Sequence record: OR352942.1
Length of the DNA stretch: 64,000 nt
Reading direction: 5' to 3' (one strand)
Origin: Escherichia phage AV112
How positions within the stretch are numbered: position 1 is the stretch's first letter; each line of letters starts with the position of its first letter. The translations under genes and the position numbers were made by a program. Shown here in pieces: positions 27,125 to 34,977 of the stretch. Below the pieces are notes generated by a model. The model did not search any database. It had not been told where the DNA came from and was given only the letters and a program-made list of their open reading frames with translations.

Positions 27125-28289
27125 CGAAATCTTCCATTTCGTCAAGGTCATTTTCTATATCTGCTGCAGACGGAGCATCAGAAGTTTTAACCGGAACTTT
27201 AGTTGTTGCTTTGCAATTAATAAGGTCGTTAACAGCGTCATCAACTTCTTTAATAGAAGAGATAGCACCTAGTTTATATTTAGTTTCAATTGCATCTCGG
27301 AAAGGTTTGTGTTTAAACAACGGTCCCCAGAATTCTACACAATCAGTAGCTTTAGCACGCCATGATTTTTCTTCACGAATCATTTCGCCTGTTTCTTCGT
27401 CAAGGAATTCACGAGCATACCACCCGGCTTTAGGCTTAACTACAAAACCAATTTCAGTTGCCATTTCTAACAAGCCACTGAACGGGTCGATACCACCATC
27501 AAAATTAACTGTGATTGGGAAAGTAGATTTTTCTTTAACGGTGCGAGATTTTTCTGCTTTCAACGTGAAGTCATAACCGGTCAATTCTGTACCTTCTTTA
27601 ACCTGACGTTTAGAGATAAAGAATACAGTGTTAGCAGAGTAAAGAATACCTGTACCACCACCCATAATCTCTTTAGGATACAATCCGCCGATTTCCATTG
27701 CTGTATGGTTAATTGCAACACACGGAATATCTTTAATAGTCAGATAAGGAGTCACAATGCGGAACAGAGATTTAAGTGCCTTAGCACGAGACATATCACC
27801 TACAACTTTCTCGTTCAATGCATCTTCGGTTTCTTTCTTAGATGCAGTATTACCGATTGAATCGATAAAGATAATAACTTTATCACCGCGTTCAATCGCG
27901 TCAAGCTGATTAGTCATATCAACTTTAAGTTGTTCGACAGATTGAATCGGAGTATGAACTACACGGTCTAAATCAACACCCATTGAACGAAAATAAGATT
28001 CTGAAGCACCAAATTCTGAATCATAGAACAAACAAATTGCATCTTTATATTTCTTCATATATGCTGCAACCATGGTCAGTCCAAACAACGTTTTAAAGTG
28101 TTTAGAAGGAGCAGCAAAAATAGTTAAGCCTGATTGCAACCCAGCATTCAGTGCACCACCTAATGCAATATTCAACATCGGAATACGAGTAGGGACTTCA
28201 TCACGATTATTAAACAGCTTAGACTTAGTCAAGTCTGCAGTCATTTTAGAAGTAGAAGCTTTAATCAGACGAGATTTTAAATCAGACAT
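27117..28289 (-). CDS. uvsX: UvsX recombinase (RecA/Rad51-like), 390 aa
   Basis: RecA-like core, Walker A-like SKHFKT region, acidic C-terminal tail; size of T4 UvsX. Confidence 0.9.
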   Translation of the reverse strand: MSDLKSRLIKASTSKMTADLTKSKLFNNRDEVPTRIPMLNIALGGALNAGLQSGLTIFAAPSKHFKTLFGLTMVAAYMKKYKDAICLFYDSEFGASESYFRSMGVDLDRVVHTPIQSVEQLKVDMTNQLDAIERGDKVIIFIDSIGNTASKKETEDALNEKVVGDMSRAKALKSLFRIVTPYLTIKDIPCVAINHTAMEIGGLYPKEIMGGGTGILYSANTVFFISKRQVKEGTELTGYDFTLKAEKSRTVKEKSTFPITVNFDGGIDPFSGLLEMATEIGFVVKPKAGWYAREFLDEETGEMIREEKSWRAKATDCVEFWGPLFKHKPFRDAIETKYKLGAISSIKEVDDAVNDLINCKATTKVPVKTSDAPSAADIENDLDEMEDFDE

Positions 28290-28342
28290 TGTATTTTTCC
28301 ATAGGCATCATTATATTTTACTCATGTTTAAAAGATAAGACG

Positions 28343-28370
28343 ATTATATACTAAGGGTTATACAGCATTT
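28343..28370 (-). promoter_or_regulatory. middle-promoter-like sequence for uvsX
   Basis: Minus strand aaaTGCTGTA (one mismatch to the MotA box) - 12 nt - TATAAT. Confidence 0.35.
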
Positions 28371-28382
28371 AAAACTTTAAAC

Positions 28383-28399
28383 AGGCTCTTAACGAGCCC
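28383..28399 (-). terminator. terminator-like hairpin after the P-loop kinase gene
   Basis: Minus strand GGGCTC-gttaa-GAGCC followed by a T-rich run. Confidence 0.4.
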
Positions 28400-28937
28400 A
28401 TTTGATAATTTCTGTAATCAAATTATTACGTTCGCTTGCATTAAATCCTATAACTTTGTTAGCACCATCATGATTAAGTAATTGATACGTTTGGATTTTG
28501 TTATGAATTGCAAACTCTTCAAAATATGAAATGACTGTATTAAAACCGAATGAAGACAAAGTAATAAGGTCGTCTTCAAAACTTTCAGTCATTTCGTTAC
28601 GTGTTAAAATAATTGTGAACACATCATGGTTTTGGCAAAGACGAACATAATCCTGTTCATAAACGTCAAGAACCGAGTCCACATCTTGTCGAATACGTCC
28701 ATAAACCCAGTTACTAATATATCCACGGTCTAACAGATAAATCTTAGTAGGGTCTAAATAATTCAACATCGTTTCGAAACAGCCAACTTCATTTCGAGAT
28801 TTAACATCGAAACGTCCATCAACTGTTCGTTTAGGGAAATCAATCTTTACATATCTTTCACTAATTTCCATTATGTCATTAATGAAAGTTGTTTTACCAG
28901 CATTATCCGGGCCATCTACTAAAATAATTTTAGCCAT
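28389..28937 (-). CDS. P-loop nucleoside/nucleotide kinase (thymidylate-kinase-like), 182 aa
   Basis: Walker A GPDNAGKTT near the N-terminus and LLDRGYIS (DRY-like) motif. Confidence 0.5.
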   Translation of the reverse strand: MAKIILVDGPDNAGKTTFINDIMEISERYVKIDFPKRTVDGRFDVKSRNEVGCFETMLNYLDPTKIYLLDRGYISNWVYGRIRQDVDSVLDVYEQDYVRLCQNHDVFTIILTRNEMTESFEDDLITLSSFGFNTVISYFEEFAIHNKIQTYQLLNHDGANKVIGFNASERNNLITEIIKWAR

Positions 28938-28938
28938 T

Positions 28939-29838
28939 TTATTCCTCGATTACGACATCTTCATATTTAGGTATATTATACGGTGAAGAAATTAAAGCAT
29001 TAAAGTAGATGAACTCACCAAGACCTGGATGGAATACTTCTTCAGGATTTTCGAAATATTGAATCTTCGGTCTTCCTTTAAGAATTTGATAGTACTCAGT
29101 TTTAGTTGGTTTAAAAATTCGAATCAGTGCTTCTTCAGGATACTTATTTCTGTCGAAGCTACTATTTGGATCGGTTATATAAAGCGGTTGACCTAATTGA
29201 ATTGCACATTCAACCACTTGTTCAAAACGATAACACGGGTCACTAATTCGAAATGGATGAAAAATACCATCTAGATGAATAGGAGCCAAATCACCTACAA
29301 GACGCTGCATGATGGAAGGACGTATAACTTTCTGGGTTACGATAATCTTATTACCATCTGCACCTGCGTTAACCAGCACTTCTTTTTGACGTTCATTCAA
29401 CACAGTAGTTTGAAGTGAACGATTAACCGACAACATGTCGGTTTTTAAGAATTCGTCAATGTAAAAACGTGGTTTATTAGGGTCTGCAGTGATATTGAAA
29501 TTGAATTCTACATCAAAAGCGCCGTCATATCCAGTGATATCTGTGATTAGAAAATCACAATCATAATAAGCAATTAATGAATCAACCACAAATTCATTTT
29601 CAGACCAGAAATATTTACGAGTGTTATACGCGTTATCTTTATACCATAATGGAACAAACTTAAATTCTGGGAAAAGACGTTCGCATTCTTTAATATCAGA
29701 TGCATTACGTGGATATGTAATCACATCACCCGGATTAGCACGGTGCAAATGAAGTTGGAAGTTGCCATCCTTAAGGATAGCATACTGTCCAGTTTCATAA
29801 GACCGCATACTCAAGATAGGTACGCGGAAAATAGCCAT
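28939..29838 (-). CDS. hypothetical protein (299 aa) occupying the T4 beta-glucosyltransferase position
   Basis: ORF between uvsX and 42; no similarity to T4 beta-gt that I can recognise. Confidence 0.45.
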   Translation of the reverse strand: MAIFRVPILSMRSYETGQYAILKDGNFQLHLHRANPGDVITYPRNASDIKECERLFPEFKFVPLWYKDNAYNTRKYFWSENEFVVDSLIAYYDCDFLITDITGYDGAFDVEFNFNITADPNKPRFYIDEFLKTDMLSVNRSLQTTVLNERQKEVLVNAGADGNKIIVTQKVIRPSIMQRLVGDLAPIHLDGIFHPFRISDPCYRFEQVVECAIQLGQPLYITDPNSSFDRNKYPEEALIRIFKPTKTEYYQILKGRPKIQYFENPEEVFHPGLGEFIYFNALISSPYNIPKYEDVVIEE

Positions 29839-30554
29839 TAGTCAAGAAATCCTTTAACATAATCAAAATCACGTTCAAACACATGGGCACTTACCATGGT
29901 ATGAGTATAATCACCAACTTCTACACCACATTCGTTAGCGATATAATGAAGTAATTTTCCTTGGAGATAAAAATCCAACTGCATAACAACAGCACAGTTC
30001 TGAGAACGCATATGACAGTGGGTATAAAGCTTACCATCACGAATATAATAAGTCACTGAGTCGGTACATGGATATTCAAGTGTTTCGTCTGAATCAAGCA
30101 AAGCCTGATCAGAACTTTCTAGAATTTGGAACACAACTCTTCGAGAGTTAGGTTTTTCTTTAAGTTCTTTTAGAAGAGTTGGTAACTGGGCCGCAATGCG
30201 AGGACCATAGAAAGTGTTGAAGTTCGCAGGCAAAGCATCTGATTTTGGTTTAGAAATAAATTTAGCGACGTTAGGATATGCCTTAAATGCTTCTTCTGCA
30301 TCAGTACCACCAGAAATCATAAATTTCCAGAAATCTTCAGCATATTCATAAGAGATGCGATTAATACGTGGGTCGGTCATTTTGAATGATGAAGGGGTAT
30401 CAACAACTACTGTCATAGACCCAATTTCATTACAACGTCCAATACGAGAATCAGTTACGAATTCCGGGTTTTCTAAAATTTCACGATTGACGGCTTTAAA
30501 TGCGGATTGAAAATCTGCGGCTTTAATATATTTCATTGTGTTATGTTTTCCCAT
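29838..30554 (-). CDS. 42: dCMP hydroxymethylase (thymidylate-synthase fold), 238 aa
   Basis: Motifs SRRVVFQI and CTDSVTYYIRDGKLYTHCHMRSQN parallel T4 gp42 SRRGIMIY and CTNTVQYLIRD...NMRSND as recalled. Confidence 0.75.
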   Translation of the reverse strand: MGKHNTMKYIKAADFQSAFKAVNREILENPEFVTDSRIGRCNEIGSMTVVVDTPSSFKMTDPRINRISYEYAEDFWKFMISGGTDAEEAFKAYPNVAKFISKPKSDALPANFNTFYGPRIAAQLPTLLKELKEKPNSRRVVFQILESSDQALLDSDETLEYPCTDSVTYYIRDGKLYTHCHMRSQNCAVVMQLDFYLQGKLLHYIANECGVEVGDYTHTMVSAHVFERDFDYVKGFLD

Positions 30555-30738
30555 GTTTACCTCAATACAGTTATTATATACTCAATTCATAAAGCTTATT
30601 TGAATTTCTTAGCGATGTTGATATAACGTAGAGCTTCGGCATCGATACTTCCAAGGACGCTATGAAGGAACGCGTCGACATAGTATTCTAGTTGAACATG
30701 TTCTCTTTAATCACTTTAGCCGCTTTAGTTTCAAACAG

Positions 30739-30757
30739 GCCCATAAGGGCCTTTTTA
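30739..30757. other. GC-rich hairpin with flanking T/A runs in the 42-to-U32 intergenic region
   Basis: GGCCC-ataa-GGGCC followed by TTTTT on the plus strand and preceded by A-run on the minus strand. Confidence 0.3.
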
Positions 30758-30833
30758 AGAATTTGTTCGTTGTTGTTAATTTTAATAGTCAAAATCTCTT
30801 CGTTAAGTTGGTGGTTAAAAGTTTTTCTAGAAA

Positions 30834-31994
30834 TCATTCTGGGTACCTCAAAGCGTCATCAGAGTTAGTTATATCAATAATAGATATAGAGTTTTCCGAT
30901 AACCCATTTTTAGATAACTGACGTTTATAATATCTTTCACAATATGTACACGTCGTCCCACAGATTTCATTAGCACAATCGAAATCTGGATGTTTGAACC
31001 ACCTTTTTTCTAAAAAGCCATCTAACAAAGAGGTTTCAATATTTACCGTATGTGAAAACTCAGTCTCATTTTCAAGAGTGAAAATGGTCTCTAAAGGCTT
31101 CCACAATTCCAACAAATTACCTTCAAATTTTTCAGAAGCATAAGCTTCAAGAACTTTCAAAATGTAGTCTGTGCTACCTGTACGTCCTGAAACTTTGAAT
31201 TGAGTGATACCAATATCATTATAAAGTTTCAAATCTTGAGGACGAACAAAACGAGTTCTCAACCAGTTAAATGGATCTGTATCACGAGCTTTAATACAGT
31301 GCTGCATTGGATATCCATTTAAGGATTTGGCATCATCTACTGTAACATCAGTGCTATGGAAAATATAGCAAGAGTCACGATAACTACAATGTGTTGTATA
31401 CCCTTTACCAGCATTAGAACAGAACTCATTTACAAGAACTTCAAATATTATATTGTTCTTATTACAAAACTCTGCTGCACGCTTCAGGAAAGAAACTGAA
31501 CGGTTCTTATGAATTCCACAGCAGACCTTTTTGATATTATATTGGTCATGCAAGTATTTGATTTGAGTTACAGCATCGACATGTAGAATTGTTGAAACTT
31601 CAATCTCAATGTCTTTATTGACTTCACGAACAATTTCCATAACAACAGGGTTAGCGATAGTAATACGCCAAACGCCTATTGACCAAAGATACTGAACATA
31701 ATCCTGAATAGCTTTCTTCTTCCACTCAACTAGTTCTCTTTTTGAACCAGGATTTATCGTGTTGAGTGTATAGTTAAAGCAAATACCTAATTCGTTACAA
31801 CGTTTAACGTAATCTTCTAACATCTTTTTGTCAACGTCAGGAAGCCTAAAATCAGGTCTGGCTGCTACAAAAGCCATTTCTCTTGTAGAGCCGTATACTT
31901 CGTTTATCAAGCTATTAGGATAAGTTTTATTGAGCTCTACGATTTTATCAAGAAGAGCTAAATCAAAATTCGTTCCGATTTTAAAGGTATTCAT
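30834..31994 (-). CDS. U32-peptidase-family-like protein with C-terminal Cys cluster (386 aa)
   Basis: N-terminal region VYGSTREMAFVAARPDF resembles the U32 start; central NEFCSNAGKGYTTHCSYRDSC resembles the U32 signature; C-terminal CANEICGTTCTYC. Confidence 0.35.
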   Translation of the reverse strand: MNTFKIGTNFDLALLDKIVELNKTYPNSLINEVYGSTREMAFVAARPDFRLPDVDKKMLEDYVKRCNELGICFNYTLNTINPGSKRELVEWKKKAIQDYVQYLWSIGVWRITIANPVVMEIVREVNKDIEIEVSTILHVDAVTQIKYLHDQYNIKKVCCGIHKNRSVSFLKRAAEFCNKNNIIFEVLVNEFCSNAGKGYTTHCSYRDSCYIFHSTDVTVDDAKSLNGYPMQHCIKARDTDPFNWLRTRFVRPQDLKLYNDIGITQFKVSGRTGSTDYILKVLEAYASEKFEGNLLELWKPLETIFTLENETEFSHTVNIETSLLDGFLEKRWFKHPDFDCANEICGTTCTYCERYYKRQLSKNGLSENSISIIDITNSDDALRYPE

Positions 31995-32048
31995 TTTTGC
32001 ATCTCGCGTTAATTGTTGCGATGGTTTTTGCAGGTCTTACTTAAATTA

Positions 32049-32450
32049 TTATAGATTCGGTTTATATGATTTAAATGTTTCGAATTCGCCTTTATTCATA
32101 AGAGCTTTGAATTCGTCAGGACGCATAGCTTTGTCGTCGATAATCCAATCATATACTGGTTTATGTGTTAGCAAATTATGGTACTTCAATCCAATGTTTG
32201 CCAAGTTCTGAATCAGACTTGGGAGAATGTCAATTGCTATACGACCAGGACCGACTGACTTCATACCACGAGCAGTGTAAAGCGTTATGGTATGCCCTGC
32301 ATCATACAGGGCATTAATGGCAGACACCATTTCGACGTCTGGTTTGAAGTTCACGTAATCACGATTGTTATTCCACTCTGTTATACAATCATCGACATCA
32401 AAACAAAGATTAAGCATGTTTTTTACACGGGGCATTAGATTCGTTCCCAT
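32049..32450 (-). CDS. HAD-superfamily phosphatase-like protein (133 aa)
   Basis: Motif I-like FDVDDCIT, motif II-like TLYTARG, motif III-like DWIIDDK. Confidence 0.45.
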   Translation of the reverse strand: MGTNLMPRVKNMLNLCFDVDDCITEWNNNRDYVNFKPDVEMVSAINALYDAGHTITLYTARGMKSVGPGRIAIDILPSLIQNLANIGLKYHNLLTHKPVYDWIIDDKAMRPDEFKALMNKGEFETFKSYKPNL

Positions 32451-34120
32451 TGATGAGTGATATCGCCACCGATTGGACGATAGGAAACACCAGTTTCTTT
32501 ATCAGTTAGTACCCATTTACCAGGATTTTTTGTAATCAGAGTAGCCGTTACAGGTTCTGCTACGTCATAACTAATAGAGCCGTCCTGAAGTACACGGCCC
32601 ATGTTACGTAATTGCTTAGTCAGAAGTTCCATACCTTTATAATATGCGGCTACCGCTTTAAGTGGATTATTCTTGAAATAACCACCTAATGCAATCCAGA
32701 TAATTGCCACTGCCAAATGATGATACTCGTTAAACGAACTCATCTTTCCATATTTGTAAACTAATGGATTGATGTTAATAGTCACATTACAAGTTGTTTC
32801 ATCAATAGTAAACTGTCCCCAGGTCGGATTAGCGTTGAATTCATCATACCCTGAAACAGCATAAAGCACTTTAGCTTCGTCATACAATTTTGGTCCGTAA
32901 ATCTTGGTTTCGCCAAAATATCCACGAGGGTCGATAAACTTGACTTCGCCGTTATCAGTAATCATAGTATTACTGAAGTTCGGGTCACCATGAATAACAG
33001 AGTACTGTCCCTGAGAACGGTTATGATAACGAATAAGGTGTTCTAAAGCTTGTTTCAACATTGGCTTCAGACGCCCAATCTTAGTGTAGTTCACATGTGT
33101 GATTTTACCAAATGAATCAATCAGTGGTTGAATACTTTCACAACGATCAATAACTTTCGTATAGAATTCTTTAGTGAAATCACGACGAACAGTTTCAGGA
33201 CTTACAAAATAAGTGTCTGTGCTGAATTTCAGTGCGTCTAAAATTGCATCAACAATTTGTGGACGAGCAAGACTCGATTTGGATTTAATATATTCAAATG
33301 CTGGCTTACCTTTAATGCGTTCCATTTCAAAGTTATTTTCATTAACAGAAACTAACTGAGGAACTGAATCTGATTTCACTTTAAGATACCATGAAATCTC
33401 ATCTTTCTGAAGAGCTCGGCCCTGTTCGGTTAATGCGAATTTAGTTACAGTTTCTTCACCAATTTCAACGGCATTAAAACTACGATTAAGTTCACGAACT
33501 TCATGAGCTTTTTCAAGTTTAGGCATATCACCTAAATCAATTAGATTCATAAGCTCTGATTTATTGAATGCACTGCCGTAAAGGAATTCTACGAAATCAC
33601 GTCCTTTGCAGTATTCATGAATTTCCTCATCAGTAGAACCCATATAGAATTCCCAGTCTTTGAACTGATAAATTCCTACAACATTACCACCTGTTGAACC
33701 TACGTTAGTGATATTTTCACCGTCGAAATTATATCGACATTCGTCGCCCTTAACATAGATTGCGTTAACATTCCAAGACCACGAACCAAAATCAGGAATA
33801 ATATCACACCAGTTAACAATTACATTATGGCCGTCTAAATCTTTGTGCAATTTAGCAAGAGCATAAGCAGAACCATATGCTTCATCAACTGTACGAATAG
33901 TCACATTGAACCCTTCTTGCTCACAATAAGCTCGAACAGTTTCAGCAAATTTTGAATGAACTACTACAATAATTTCATCTGCGCCAAGGTCAGAATAAAT
34001 TGTATACAAATTGCTCAGAATAGTGTCTTGTTTATAGTTAACAAGCACCTTAGGAATATGATGCGTTATTGGATACAAACGAGTTGCCAGTCCAGCACCA
34101 AGAATAACAGCTTTTTTCAT
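32435..34120 (-). CDS. bifunctional sugar-1-phosphate nucleotidyltransferase / sugar kinase (561 aa)
   Basis: N-terminus MKKAVILGAGLATRL (G-x-G-T-R nucleotidyltransferase motif); C-terminal kinase motifs HGDPNFSN and FIDPRG. Confidence 0.6.
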   Translation of the reverse strand: MKKAVILGAGLATRLYPITHHIPKVLVNYKQDTILSNLYTIYSDLGADEIIVVVHSKFAETVRAYCEQEGFNVTIRTVDEAYGSAYALAKLHKDLDGHNVIVNWCDIIPDFGSWSWNVNAIYVKGDECRYNFDGENITNVGSTGGNVVGIYQFKDWEFYMGSTDEEIHEYCKGRDFVEFLYGSAFNKSELMNLIDLGDMPKLEKAHEVRELNRSFNAVEIGEETVTKFALTEQGRALQKDEISWYLKVKSDSVPQLVSVNENNFEMERIKGKPAFEYIKSKSSLARPQIVDAILDALKFSTDTYFVSPETVRRDFTKEFYTKVIDRCESIQPLIDSFGKITHVNYTKIGRLKPMLKQALEHLIRYHNRSQGQYSVIHGDPNFSNTMITDNGEVKFIDPRGYFGETKIYGPKLYDEAKVLYAVSGYDEFNANPTWGQFTIDETTCNVTININPLVYKYGKMSSFNEYHHLAVAIIWIALGGYFKNNPLKAVAAYYKGMELLTKQLRNMGRVLQDGSISYDVAEPVTATLITKNPGKWVLTDKETGVSYRPIGGDITHQWERI

Positions 34121-34161
34121 GTTGTGGTCCTCATTGGTAAGTAGGAGTATTGTACACTATT

Positions 34162-34305
34162 CTAGTTAAAGCATTCATACTTTGCTTGTAGTCCAATCAT
34201 AATCCATCCGATTATAAGAGTCGGAATCATTACTGGAGCCGTTAAGCTCCAGTAGATAGTCATGACAAGCATCAATAGTAAAAGTCCTATTGTTATTGCT
34301 TTCAT
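34162..34305 (-). CDS. small membrane peptide (47 aa), below ORF-track cutoff
   Basis: Hand translation MKAITIGLLLLMLVMTIYWSLTAPVMIPTLIIGWIMIGLQAKYECFN; ATGA overlap with the SIS gene stop. Confidence 0.35.
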   Translation of the reverse strand: MKAITIGLLLLMLVMTIYWSLTAPVMIPTLIIGWIMIGLQAKYECFN

Positions 34306-34937
34306 TGTTCGCCTCGTAACATGGCACCTAGTGCACCGCCAGGGTGGAACTTAAGGAAGTCATTAGAGGTAAATCCACGTTCAGACGAAAGGTTGATAGC
34401 AAACGTATCGATAAGCGCTAACAACAATGTAGTGGACATGGTCGGAGCCAGAGAATTCTCATCAACCTCTACTGCGATGCCTGTACAGAACGTATAATCA
34501 AAAAGAGCTTCGTATTCTTGTGGAATGTCCGGGTTACAATGCAACAGAATCTGTTTGACGTTCGGACGAATCATTTTAAGATGCTTAGCCACGCCTATCA
34601 TTTCTTCAGTTTTACCAGAACGACTAATATGAATCAACACATCATTAGGCGCAATGAATCCTGCATCACCGTGAGAATAATGTCCAGTGTTCAAGTACAT
34701 ACTCGGGATACCGAGTGAAGCAAATGTCTCAGAAGCTTTAGTTGCAATATTAGCATTCTTACCAACACCTGTAATAATTACTCGGCTTTCATAATTACTA
34801 AGTCCAGGACGTCGAAGAGTTTCTAGAATAGCATTATAACGAGCAGGGTTTTGACTAATTACTTTGGCCATAGCGGCCAAAGAAGAAGCTTGTTTTATGA
34901 TTGCGTCAATAGCGATAGTAATAGGAGTAGTTTTCAT
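34302..34937 (-). CDS. SIS-domain sugar-phosphate isomerase (arabinose-5-phosphate isomerase / GmhA-like), 211 aa
   Basis: SIS-domain features: ITGVGKNANIATKASETFASLG and HISRSGKTEE. Confidence 0.55.
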   Translation of the reverse strand: MKTTPITIAIDAIIKQASSLAAMAKVISQNPARYNAILETLRRPGLSNYESRVIITGVGKNANIATKASETFASLGIPSMYLNTGHYSHGDAGFIAPNDVLIHISRSGKTEEMIGVAKHLKMIRPNVKQILLHCNPDIPQEYEALFDYTFCTGIAVEVDENSLAPTMSTTLLLALIDTFAINLSSERGFTSNDFLKFHPGGALGAMLRGEQ

Positions 34938-34977
34938 ATTTCTCTCATTTAATTAGTTTGCCGTCCATGTCATTATA

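Noticed and set aside
30555-30833. Possible small gene in the 280-bp gap between gene 42 and the U32-like gene (48-aa minus-strand frame MISRKTFNHQ...)
   Set aside because: No convincing Shine-Dalgarno; the region is better explained as a regulatory spacer containing the GGCCC/GGGCC hairpin. Left as uncertain
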